Virus record (IMG/VR): IMGVR_UViG_3300046169_000121
Span: 1-52,215 of that record
DNA length: 52,215 nucleotides
Strand: one strand, 5' to 3'
DNA from: a virus
Lineage: Duplodnaviria; Caudoviricetes
Position 1 is the stretch's first letter. Each line of letters starts with the position of its first letter. This document shows positions 19,099 to 28,627 of this stretch, piece by piece. A program made the translations under genes and the position numbers. The notes beneath the pieces were generated by a model. The model saw nothing but the letters and a program-made list of their open reading frames with translations, ran no database searches and was not told where the DNA came from.

Positions 19099-20003
19099 TA
19101 ATGACTACTCCACTTTTAAGGTTTGAAGATGGTAAAATTGCTATTGGCGGAGAAAGCTTGTTTGCAAGTAGTGCAAATTTATCTCTAGGCCCATCACTTC
19201 AAATTGAAAGAGTTTATGGAGATTACGATGCAAGCTTGGCGGGAGCAAAAACTCAATTTGTAAAATTTTCACCAACCACTGGGCTAAAAGGTAAATTGGA
19301 TGTTTCTTTTTTTATATCTGCCGAACAATTTGCGCATGGAGGAAATCCTAATACGATACATAGAATGTTTGAAATTGCAGAAGGTATGGGTGAAGCACCT
19401 ATTCATCAAAACAGAGTTGGTAGATACGCTTTTGATAATATGTATCTCACTTCATTTTCTTTTGATATGAAACCTTTTCAAATTATACAAGCTAGTGCAA
19501 GTTATGATATATATGGAAGCGTTAATAAGGTAATAGATACAAGATTCAATAAAAGTCAAATTGATTTTGCGCACTCATTGAAATCGTTTGGAGGGTTGTC
19601 TGCAACAGGAGTGACTAGTGGAGAGCTTGAAATATCCAGCTTGAACTATAATATAATTGTTGGGCGAAAAGTTTATAATCATATCAGAGGTAATGAAAAT
19701 ACAATTGTAAATACCTCTCCAAATGGAGTGGTTCCTGTTAGAGTTTCTGTAGAAAATATCGAAAAAGAAATGACTATAGGATGCAGTGAAATGCTTGAGA
19801 ATTTAAACGCATACGGAGACAAACAAGATTCAACGACTCCATCAGGGCTCCCAGATTCTAAAATTGAAGCGTTTCTCTTGTCTATGCAGGGTGATAGAAT
19901 AGCTAGATTTTCTGCGTCAGGAAAGATACAATCTGAGTCTATGAGTATTGCAGAGGGAAAGCATGCTGATGGAAAAATAACAATAAAAGAAATAGTTAAA
20001 TAA
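19095..20003 (+). CDS. Minor tail protein, probable tube-like fold
   Basis: Synteny; beta-rich with YLTSFSFD and ISSLNYNI...R motifs. Confidence 0.45.
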   Translation: MIMTTPLLRFEDGKIAIGGESLFASSANLSLGPSLQIERVYGDYDASLAGAKTQFVKFSPTTGLKGKLDVSFFISAEQFAHGGNPNTIHRMFEIAEGMGEAPIHQNRVGRYAFDNMYLTSFSFDMKPFQIIQASASYDIYGSVNKVIDTRFNKSQIDFAHSLKSFGGLSATGVTSGELEISSLNYNIIVGRKVYNHIRGNENTIVNTSPNGVVPVRVSVENIEKEMTIGCSEMLENLNAYGDKQDSTTPSGLPDSKIEAFLLSMQGDRIARFSASGKIQSESMSIAEGKHADGKITIKEIVK

Positions 20004-22294
20004 TGGATAATTCAAATATATTTGGCTCTGAGTATTTTACTAACACTTCTAATTATAGTGGTATATTTCAGACTGGATCAAGTTATCGAAAATTTGATTT
20101 TGTTCGTGATACTGGAGATGGGTTATTTTATTATGCTAAAGAGGATGTCGTATATGGAGGCGGCGCACAAATATCTGGATCAAATAGATTAACTTTGGTT
20201 CCTAACGGATCGTACACAAGTGAGGGTAGTGCTCATTTTATAGTTGACGCTCAAAATCAATTAGAGAATTTAGGAGCTTCTTTTGAGGTTGGACAGATTG
20301 TTTCTCTACAAGGTTCAACTGGCACAAATGATGGAACCTATAAAATACTATCCATAGAGAAAGATTTATTGTCTGTAAATTATGACAATTCAATTACTGG
20401 ATCCTCGATGACAGTTATTGGGTTAAATAATAATGATTCAATCGACACTTTGGAGGTTGCGAGTGCAAACATATTGAGTTTATCTGAAATAAATATATCT
20501 CCTGGAGATAATGGTAATGTTTGGTCTAAAGATTTGTTCTTTTTTGACGCAGATTATGGAAGTAATGTAAGTTTTAAGGCAAATAATCATAAACATGAAT
20601 ATGGAAATGGGTATTATATACTTCAACCGAAAAATATTAATAGTTTAAATATTGAAGTTAATTTAAAATTTAAAAACCGCACAAATAGAGAATCAAATGC
20701 CATAGTTCACTTTTTAGAAAATCATCAGGGGCAGCAAGAGCAGGTAAGCGCTTCTCCAAATTTAACATATAGTCAGGGTATATCAGGTTTTCGATGGGAT
20801 GGATCCTCCACCTTTCATCCATATGATTCAACCGAGATACAATCAAAAAAGTTTGTATGTAGTGAATGGAATCATAGTTTAAATTTTGAAAACAGTAATG
20901 ATATAGACGCTAAGTTGAGAAATTTGGATTCATCTATCCTCCAGAAAACAAGCGGATTGTTTGTGTTTCCCGCAGAAACATATTCCAATTCTGAAACTTA
21001 CAGTAAAAATGATGTGGTATATAGTACGGGCAATAAGCGTCATTATTATTGGAGTGGTGATTCCAATTTGAGTGGATTTGCTCCATCACAAAGTAAATCC
21101 GAGTGGGATAGAGATGGAGGTTATTATCAAGACATAAACACACAATATTGGACTCGTGATTTTTTCTGGAAACCTTCTCTTGGATTGAATGTAGATCAAA
21201 AACCAAGAATGAATGAAATAAGTATTGGGGGCGCATATACACAAATATTTAGCGATGGAATTAATGAAAGTTTGTTAACTCTTAGTTTGGATTTTAATAA
21301 CCGCAACGATTCCGAAGCAAGATCTATTCTCCATTTTTTAGAGCAACATTACGGTTGCATACCTTTTAGTTTTACTGCTCCAGCTCCCTACGAAACAAGG
21401 CAAAATTTCGTATGTCAAGAGTGGAGTCATTCGTATAATTTTAAAAACAATCATAGTATAAGCGCTAAGTTTGAGCAATACCCCTTTAATTTAGAGCCTC
21501 AAGAGTATGATTCTATCTCTACACCATCTCCGAGGTCCAGCGGAGAGCTTTCTATTGAATCACCTCTTGTAATGAGGGAAGAAAACTCTGCCAGTAGGTT
21601 GTCGGTATATAATCCATTTAGATCAAAGCTGAAATTAAAAAATATCGGCGACGATCCTATTGATTTAACTTATTGTTCTATACTCGGAAACAATAATATT
21701 CAGTTTTCAATTCTGGGTCAAGAAAATAATGATGTACCCATGGTTTCAAAAAATTTAGTTGCTAGCGATTACGAATACACTCTACCTTCACAAGGAACGC
21801 TTGCAGCAGGATCAGAATTAAGTAACAGCTCTTCAACAATCGATTTGCATGGAGCTAGTATTAGGCTTAGAAAAGGCTTTCTTGAGGGTCCTGCGGGTGG
21901 GTATATTTTTGAGCTTCAAGACGGAACAAGATCGTTTATTCAATATAATGATGGATTGATTAGGGATCTTGGTGATTCAAGCTATCAACTTCAGACTGAT
22001 TATTTTATAAATTATGACTTTATTACTGGAAATAAGACAAGTGTATTAAATGGTGGTGAATCTTCTGATATAGAGGTTGTTTATGGTGGTTTAAATTCAG
22101 CTGATTTATTTTATAATTTACTTGATACAAATGGAGATAACTTAATTTATATGACCAATACTAATCCAAGCACTCAAGGCGGAAATATATTAATGGCAGA
22201 GGCTAGTAGATATTATGACCAAGCAGTATTGATAAATGGAAATTATTTGAATAGTCCAACCTCTGCAATGGTGAAGATTTACATAGATTCATAG
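20003..22294 (+). CDS. Lambda gpM-like distal tail protein with duplicated gpM domain and extra domains
   Basis: Two copies of F-x-N-R...E-x-x-x-I-x-H-F-L-E-x-H-x-G...F-V-C-x-E-W-x-H-S; FFWKPS...PR...YTQ...DGIN motif. Confidence 0.75.
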   Translation: MDNSNIFGSEYFTNTSNYSGIFQTGSSYRKFDFVRDTGDGLFYYAKEDVVYGGGAQISGSNRLTLVPNGSYTSEGSAHFIVDAQNQLENLGASFEVGQIVSLQGSTGTNDGTYKILSIEKDLLSVNYDNSITGSSMTVIGLNNNDSIDTLEVASANILSLSEINISPGDNGNVWSKDLFFFDADYGSNVSFKANNHKHEYGNGYYILQPKNINSLNIEVNLKFKNRTNRESNAIVHFLENHQGQQEQVSASPNLTYSQGISGFRWDGSSTFHPYDSTEIQSKKFVCSEWNHSLNFENSNDIDAKLRNLDSSILQKTSGLFVFPAETYSNSETYSKNDVVYSTGNKRHYYWSGDSNLSGFAPSQSKSEWDRDGGYYQDINTQYWTRDFFWKPSLGLNVDQKPRMNEISIGGAYTQIFSDGINESLLTLSLDFNNRNDSEARSILHFLEQHYGCIPFSFTAPAPYETRQNFVCQEWSHSYNFKNNHSISAKFEQYPFNLEPQEYDSISTPSPRSSGELSIESPLVMREENSASRLSVYNPFRSKLKLKNIGDDPIDLTYCSILGNNNIQFSILGQENNDVPMVSKNLVASDYEYTLPSQGTLAAGSELSNSSSTIDLHGASIRLRKGFLEGPAGGYIFELQDGTRSFIQYNDGLIRDLGDSSYQLQTDYFINYDFITGNKTSVLNGGESSDIEVVYGGLNSADLFYNLLDTNGDNLIYMTNTNPSTQGGNILMAEASRYYDQAVLINGNYLNSPTSAMVKIYIDS

Positions 22295-22295
22295 A

Positions 22296-23396
22296 ATGAG
22301 TGCTCCAATAGCAAATTTAAACAAACAGTTGGCTTTATTGACCCCCGACTCTTTGATCGATTTATATGAAATTGATTTTAGTAATATTCAGGCTGATTTT
22401 GAACAATTAAAAGATTTATACGGTATTAATATTGGGGCTGATACTGTATACAGATTTTGCCCCATGCAGAATGGAACCAACCCTATTGTTTGGAAAGGGT
22501 ATTCATATCAACCTCTACCTATAAAAACCGAAGGTTTTGAAGTGAAGTCGGACGGGCGCTTACCCAGACCAACCCTAACAATAGCTAATCCAGATGGGTT
22601 GTTTTCTAAAATTTTAAAATCTAACCAAGATTTTGCAAATTGTAAGGTAGTTAGGAAAAGAACGTATGCTAGATTCCTTGATTCAGTTAATTTTCAGGGA
22701 GGAGTAAATCCTTTTGGCTCAAGTCATGAGGATTCTCATTTGCCTGATGACATTTATTTCATTAATAATAAAAAAATAGAAAATCTAGAAGTTATCGAGT
22801 TTGAGCTTGTCTCAGCTCTTGAGCTTGAGGATTCATTTATTCCTGCGAGGGTAGTTTTATCTGGTTATTGCAATTTTACATATAGGTGTAGTATTGGTTG
22901 CGGTTATAAAGGTTTACCTATAGAAACGTCAGAGGGGCAAAGTTTAATTAAGGGCTTTGCGGTTAATAAACAAAAAATAGGAGATCAATACGATACAGGG
23001 ATTGTCGATCCATCTGTATATAGAGGAAGTATAGATGGAATAGTTCAATGGAGTAAGTATGGAAAAATGGGAGATTATCAAAATGAATCTGGGTATGATC
23101 TGGGAGATGTTGTTAAAATTATTTCCACTAATCCAAGTAATCCATATAAATCTACCCCTCATATTTTTGTTTGCGTGCAAGCGCACGAAAACCCTTCGAA
23201 GCATCATCCGTTTTTTTCAAAAAAATACTGGCTTAAGGATGCGTGCTCTAAGACAATCGAGTCTTGCAAGAAAAGGTTCACCTTAAAAAAAGATCCGATA
23301 ACAGATCAAGACTTAACCCTTTACAATGAAAGCTTAAAATCGAATGGGTTGAGGTTTGGGGGTTTTCCTGGAACACAAGCTTATCCATTTGAATAA
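22296..23396 (+). CDS. Lambda gpL-like minor tail protein
   Basis: IVWKG..YQPLPI..EGFE..SDGRLPRPTLTIAN, RKRTYARFLD, FELVS.LE, conserved Cys (C..TYR...CGYKG; DACSK....CKKRF) and FGGFPG terminus. Confidence 0.9.
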   Translation: MSAPIANLNKQLALLTPDSLIDLYEIDFSNIQADFEQLKDLYGINIGADTVYRFCPMQNGTNPIVWKGYSYQPLPIKTEGFEVKSDGRLPRPTLTIANPDGLFSKILKSNQDFANCKVVRKRTYARFLDSVNFQGGVNPFGSSHEDSHLPDDIYFINNKKIENLEVIEFELVSALELEDSFIPARVVLSGYCNFTYRCSIGCGYKGLPIETSEGQSLIKGFAVNKQKIGDQYDTGIVDPSVYRGSIDGIVQWSKYGKMGDYQNESGYDLGDVVKIISTNPSNPYKSTPHIFVCVQAHENPSKHHPFFSKKYWLKDACSKTIESCKKRFTLKKDPITDQDLTLYNESLKSNGLRFGGFPGTQAYPFE

Positions 23397-23721
23397 AATA
23401 AACAAAATAATACTTGATGAAATTAAAGAATATTGCTGTCAATTCACAAAAAAAGAATCTTGTGGGGTAATTTATTTGAATGATTCTCGCTTGTCTTTTT
23501 TACCGTGTGAAAATACAAGTCAATCGCCCGATTATTATTTTTCTATAGACCCTGTAATTTTAATAGATTATGATGTACAATATATTGTGCATTCTCATGT
23601 AATAGGATCATCTCAGCCAAGCGAAAGTGATATCAATAGTTCGAACGAATTATGTATACCTTATTTGATATATAGTTTAAGGGATAATGACTTTTTCCTG
23701 TATGAAAATATAGGTGTATAA
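23356..23721 (+). CDS. Lambda gpK-like JAB/MPN domain protein without NlpC/P60 (start may be TTG 23389)
   Basis: KESCGVI and HSH-x7-S-x2-D JAB motif; lies between L and I. Confidence 0.85.
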   Translation: MGVFLEHKLIHLNKINKIILDEIKEYCCQFTKKESCGVIYLNDSRLSFLPCENTSQSPDYYFSIDPVILIDYDVQYIVHSHVIGSSQPSESDINSSNELCIPYLIYSLRDNDFFLYENIGV

Positions 23722-23745
23722 ACTATACAAGGTTTAAGGTAAAAA

Positions 23746-26700
23746 ATGAAAACGGTATATCTACATGGAAGATTAGGCAAGCGCTTTGGTAAAAAGTGGA
23801 AACTCGCTGTCGATAATGTACAAGAAGCTTTCTCTGCTATAGAGGTGAATTCCGAAGGTTTTTTTGATTACATAATTAAATCTGAAGCAGGTGGAAATGA
23901 ATATATTGTATTATCCAAAAATCCAAAATTTATAAAAGATGAAAATGATTTGCGAGAAAATATAATTGATGAAAAATTATCAAAAGTAAATTCAAAACAA
24001 ACAGAAATACATATTTTAAGTCCCGCTTCGGGGTCGAGTGTGGTTATGCCGTTTTTATTTGTTGCCGGTACGGTTGGCAGCGGTTTAACTACTGCAGGTT
24101 ATATTATTGCTAGTTTGGCAATAACTTATGCGGTAGCTGCACTAACCAAGACTCCAGATGAACAAAAAGCAAAAGACCCAACGAGCACAAAATCGTATTT
24201 AATAAGCGGGGGGTTAACTAGACAAGCTCAAGGGATAGCCGTGCCTTTAGGGTATGGCCGATTGAAAATCGGACCCGCGAATGTTGCAACTAGAAAAAAA
24301 AGTAAGAAATTTTTAGGTTATAATCCTGGAAGGGGCAGCTTATTAGAGAGTTATTCTGAGTTAGAGTTTGTAGATTTAATTTGCGAGGGCCCAATTCATG
24401 GGTTTGTTAATCAATATGGAGTAACTTTGAAGGATTATGATATACTTGAGGGTATATATCTTAATGACACACCAGTAAGGAATTCTGCTCCCTTGGAGGG
24501 GGGTTTGGGTGATTACAATTTCATTTTAAACGAAGATCAAGACAAGCCAAGGGGAAGACCTGTCGCTAAAATGGGAGAGGATTCTGATAGTAAAATATTA
24601 AGCGAAGGAGTTTTTTACGTAAAAGATTATGATACTCTGTTGCTTGGACCTCCACCTTATCAAAGTAGTGGGAAGAAGGGTGCTAAAGTACTGACCCATG
24701 TCGTTTCAAATAGCGCAGTAAATGAGATAACCATTTCGTTAAAAACAGAACTATCCCACCAATTAATGGATGGAGATGACGCAGGAGAAACAAGAAGTAT
24801 TGGGCTTCAGTTTGATATATTAGTTTTAAGAGATAATAAGTATTATAGTATTTTGGATGAAGAAAAATCTGGATGCACAATGATTACTAAGTCGGGGGAT
24901 GGGTTAAATTTTGAAACTCAAAAACTTGATAATTATTCTGATAGAGTGTTTGGTATTAGCGGTATCGCTACTAGTCCATATCAGTTTGATATAAATTTTA
25001 AAATTGATAGAAGTTATGATATTGAAAATGTTAGTGGGGGGATAAGTTTTCAAGTGGTCAGGTTGACTTCAGAGTTTGACCCATCCGCTAAGGGGGGAAC
25101 TTATGGTGGGATAGGAAAAGTTAGAAGATTGCAATTGGCCCACGTAGAGGAAAAAATAAGTGAGAATTTATTATACCCACACAGCGCAATGGTTAAATTA
25201 TTAGTTGATAGTAAAAACTTTTCAAAAGTACCTGATCGTAAATATGATTTAAAATTAAAAAAAGTGCTTATTCCTGAAAATTATGACCCAATATCAAGGA
25301 AATACGAGGGTCCTTGGAATGGACTTTTTAAGGGACAAACGGATTCGAGCATGTCTATACATTCAATACCTGACTCAAGTAAATATTGGACCGATAATCC
25401 TGCTTGGGTATTTTTCGATTTATTATATAACACTAGGTATGGAGTTGGTAAGTATGGACTAGAGGAAGAGAATATTGATAAATGGCAATTGTATAAGATA
25501 GCTAAGTACTGCGATCAACTTGTGGAGACAGATTATCCCGTAGAAACTGATAACGGGCAACCTATAGCGTTTACTTGTACAAATATTTTAAGCAATTACG
25601 ACTTGAGTCAATTAGAGATTCAGATAAAGATAGATGAAGGGTCTATACAGATTCCAACTCCAGACCCTCCGAGCTATGATTATAGCACATATGAAGTTAT
25701 TAATGGAAACTATACTTATTCACAGGCCAAAGCAGATGCAATATCTAGAGGTGGGAGACTCGCTATCATAAGAAATTCTCAAGAAAATGCACGGATGATT
25801 GATGCCTACAATTCCGGTATTGAAAAAGGAGGGTACCGTTTTTACCGTGCATGGATTGGTTTAGAGCAAGACGGTTCAGATAATTCAAGCTGGACTTGGT
25901 CAGACGGTTCAAGTTTAACTTATACAAATTGGGGGGGGAATAACCCAAATAACGATTGGGAAACTAGGGGTTTAATTGGTTGGGATGGGAAACATAGAAC
26001 AACATGGAATGATGCACAGTCATCCACGGTAGCTTCTTATATACTTGAAAAAGAAGGTGTAGACCTAAATAATCCGACTCCAACCCTGCTTGAATTAACT
26101 AGGGAAAAATTTATTTCTCTATTTGGGCAAGGAGATTTATATAAAGGTAAAAAGGTTGCGTTTTTTATATCAAGCGGAACCGATTCTATTAGCGAGGAAT
26201 TGTTGATCGACCAATCTGTTAATCGGGAAGGGAAAATAAATATAGAAGAAAGGGTTTTGATAAGTTCTAATCCAGATAATCTATCTCTGACTGTTTCCGG
26301 ACCAAAAATACAAGATAATCAGGGATTGTTCAATTCAGTTGTTGGCGCATGCGCTGTGCAGTTTAATCACCCTGTAGTTGAACCTAGGTTTTCTGCTAAT
26401 TTATTTTTAACCGATCGATCTGAAGCTTTAGGAATGATTACAAGCTTGGCTTCAATTTTTCGAGGAATATCTGCGTATTCTTCAGGTAAAATATTAGCTA
26501 TTCAGGATTCTGAAAAAAACCCCGTGCAGTTATTTAATAATTCGAACGTAAGCAAAGAAGGATTTTCTTATGTTGGCGTACAAAAAAACAAAAGAATCAC
26601 CGCATCTTTAGTAAGGTTTAATAATGCTGCAAAAAATTATCAACCAGATTTAGTTTATGAAGAAGACGCTGAAGCTATACAAAAATTTGGATATATAGAA

Positions 26701-28623
26701 AATGAAGCTATGGCATTAGGTACAACCTCTGAGAGTCAAGCCCGCAGGTTTGCAAAATGGATACTTGTTACCTCCCAGTTTGAAACAGAAACGATAGTAT
26801 TTACCGCTGGCCAAGAAGCTTCATACTTGTTTCCTGGGTGTATATTTGAGGTATCTGATGAATTGAGGACCGGTAAAACAAAAAGCGGGAGAGTTCTGGA
26901 TATAAAATCTTCTCGTACGATTAAAATAAATGAAATCCAATATATTCACAACGATCCATATATACTTTTAGATAAATCTATACAGGATGATCCTATATTA
27001 TCAAGAGTAGAAATTACAATCTGCGCAGGAGTCGCAAACTCAACTCTAGAAAATTTAGAATCAAGAGCTAGATCAGAAGGATCCCAAGAAGATCAAGATG
27101 AGGAAATTGAATCTCTTTTTACACCTCAAATTTACAAGTTTGATGCATTATTACAACAAGGTGGTAATATCAAAAAAGGACCAAAAGGGCAAAGAACGAT
27201 TGCGTGTGAGCTGTTACTTAAAATACCTTTAGAGGTTGACCTTGCGAAAAATAGGATAAAAAGATATAACCATAATTTTGATGTTGGAGAAAAAATAATT
27301 TTTAAAAGCGAAGGAGTCTTACCCGGGGGGTTAAGTCAGGATGATATATACTTTGTGGTCAATAAAACAAAAAACACTTTTCAAATCTCACTCGATGATC
27401 CGTCTTCTGTCTCCCAATATCAAGTAGTTCATATATTTGACCAAGGAAGAGATTTTCTTGGGGCTGATGGGGGCGATCATTATTTTTGTCCATTTTCCGT
27501 AATTGGTGTTAATAACGCAAAGACCCGCGAGGCTTTAGATCAAATATCTATAGGTTCTAGTTATTCCATAAAGGGTTTAATTGGCGCTTCTTCTAAGGAG
27601 GGTTTAAGTTATCAATCCTTAATACAAAACCTTGAAATAGAGGGTTCGCTAACTAATGGCTGGGGGGTCTCTTCTATATTTGGATATATAAATATAGAAA
27701 ACAATGATGGTTGGGTATATTCTGTTCAGTTAAATGAGTGGGTTTTTCTTAAACATAAAATAGAGAATAATTCTGGTTGGTTTTATTTAGATTCTTTGGG
27801 TTGGATCTTCTTGAAGAGTAATGGGGATAATTATTTATGGTATATATCCGCTCTGGATGAATGGGTTCATTCTGAAAAATATTCCAATAAGTTTTATAGA
27901 TTTCAGCAATCTACAAGTGGTATATCTACCGGTGACTCTATTAAAATAAAAGATAAAACAATATTTATTGAAAATGTATTTTCTAGTCACGGCTATTTCT
28001 TTTCGTTTATTGAAGATTCTTTGGGTATTATCCCAACTAACCCAAGTTCATCTTTTAATACTACTATATCTGAAATTAATCCAGGACTAAAATCGTCAAA
28101 TATTTCTGATGTAATATCTATAGATTCTACAGAATCTATACAAGGTCAAGAGGCAATAAGAATTGTTTTAAATTCTGGGCACGGACTTGATTTAAGAAAT
28201 ACTAGTGTTGTCTCTATATCTGGATTTTCAAGCAATAATTCAAGCCTGAATTCAGAATTGAATAAAGAAAATATTTCTTGTATTTTTATTAATTTAAATA
28301 CTATAGAGCTAATTAGCTCTAGAGATGGAGCTTTATTATTAAACTCCTCGACAATTTCTTCGAAGGGAGACCTTAGTTTTACTGTATCCGCAAAAAGCGA
28401 GATCGAAAGAATGTTAGAGTCTCAATTATTTAGGGTAATTAGTATTAAAGAAATCCAAATGGGTAAATATGAAGTTTCCGGTTTAACATATAACAGTTCA
28501 AAGTTTAATGTTGTAGATAAGAAAGGTTCTGTGCGGAAACCTCATTTACCGATACCCCCACAGGCGGATATGAATATCCCTGATGCGCCAACAGCACTAT
28601 CATTGAATGATTTAACTATATAA
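23746..28623 (+). CDS. Fused gpI-gpJ-like tail tip / host-specificity protein with C-type lectin insertion
   Basis: gpI N-terminus (MKTVYLHGRLGKRFG; QGIAVPLGYGRL), then gpJ motifs (DLICEGPI.G, YPHSA, WTDNPAW, KWQLY.IA.YCDQLV, EPRF, SQARR.AKW). Confidence 0.88.
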   Translation: MKTVYLHGRLGKRFGKKWKLAVDNVQEAFSAIEVNSEGFFDYIIKSEAGGNEYIVLSKNPKFIKDENDLRENIIDEKLSKVNSKQTEIHILSPASGSSVVMPFLFVAGTVGSGLTTAGYIIASLAITYAVAALTKTPDEQKAKDPTSTKSYLISGGLTRQAQGIAVPLGYGRLKIGPANVATRKKSKKFLGYNPGRGSLLESYSELEFVDLICEGPIHGFVNQYGVTLKDYDILEGIYLNDTPVRNSAPLEGGLGDYNFILNEDQDKPRGRPVAKMGEDSDSKILSEGVFYVKDYDTLLLGPPPYQSSGKKGAKVLTHVVSNSAVNEITISLKTELSHQLMDGDDAGETRSIGLQFDILVLRDNKYYSILDEEKSGCTMITKSGDGLNFETQKLDNYSDRVFGISGIATSPYQFDINFKIDRSYDIENVSGGISFQVVRLTSEFDPSAKGGTYGGIGKVRRLQLAHVEEKISENLLYPHSAMVKLLVDSKNFSKVPDRKYDLKLKKVLIPENYDPISRKYEGPWNGLFKGQTDSSMSIHSIPDSSKYWTDNPAWVFFDLLYNTRYGVGKYGLEEENIDKWQLYKIAKYCDQLVETDYPVETDNGQPIAFTCTNILSNYDLSQLEIQIKIDEGSIQIPTPDPPSYDYSTYEVINGNYTYSQAKADAISRGGRLAIIRNSQENARMIDAYNSGIEKGGYRFYRAWIGLEQDGSDNSSWTWSDGSSLTYTNWGGNNPNNDWETRGLIGWDGKHRTTWNDAQSSTVASYILEKEGVDLNNPTPTLLELTREKFISLFGQGDLYKGKKVAFFISSGTDSISEELLIDQSVNREGKINIEERVLISSNPDNLSLTVSGPKIQDNQGLFNSVVGACAVQFNHPVVEPRFSANLFLTDRSEALGMITSLASIFRGISAYSSGKILAIQDSEKNPVQLFNNSNVSKEGFSYVGVQKNKRITASLVRFNNAAKNYQPDLVYEEDAEAIQKFGYIENEAMALGTTSESQARRFAKWILVTSQFETETIVFTAGQEASYLFPGCIFEVSDELRTGKTKSGRVLDIKSSRTIKINEIQYIHNDPYILLDKSIQDDPILSRVEITICAGVANSTLENLESRARSEGSQEDQDEEIESLFTPQIYKFDALLQQGGNIKKGPKGQRTIACELLLKIPLEVDLAKNRIKRYNHNFDVGEKIIFKSEGVLPGGLSQDDIYFVVNKTKNTFQISLDDPSSVSQYQVVHIFDQGRDFLGADGGDHYFCPFSVIGVNNAKTREALDQISIGSSYSIKGLIGASSKEGLSYQSLIQNLEIEGSLTNGWGVSSIFGYINIENNDGWVYSVQLNEWVFLKHKIENNSGWFYLDSLGWIFLKSNGDNYLWYISALDEWVHSEKYSNKFYRFQQSTSGISTGDSIKIKDKTIFIENVFSSHGYFFSFIEDSLGIIPTNPSSSFNTTISEINPGLKSSNISDVISIDSTESIQGQEAIRIVLNSGHGLDLRNTSVVSISGFSSNNSSLNSELNKENISCIFINLNTIELISSRDGALLLNSSTISSKGDLSFTVSAKSEIERMLESQLFRVISIKEIQMGKYEVSGLTYNSSKFNVVDKKGSVRKPHLPIPPQADMNIPDAPTALSLNDLTI

Positions 28624-28627
28624 AATA

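Noticed and set aside
25687-26052. Diversity-generating retroelement target (C-type lectin fold)
   Set aside because: No reverse transcriptase and no TR/VR pair differing at adenines is visible in the window; the domain is internal and of the canonical lectin type.
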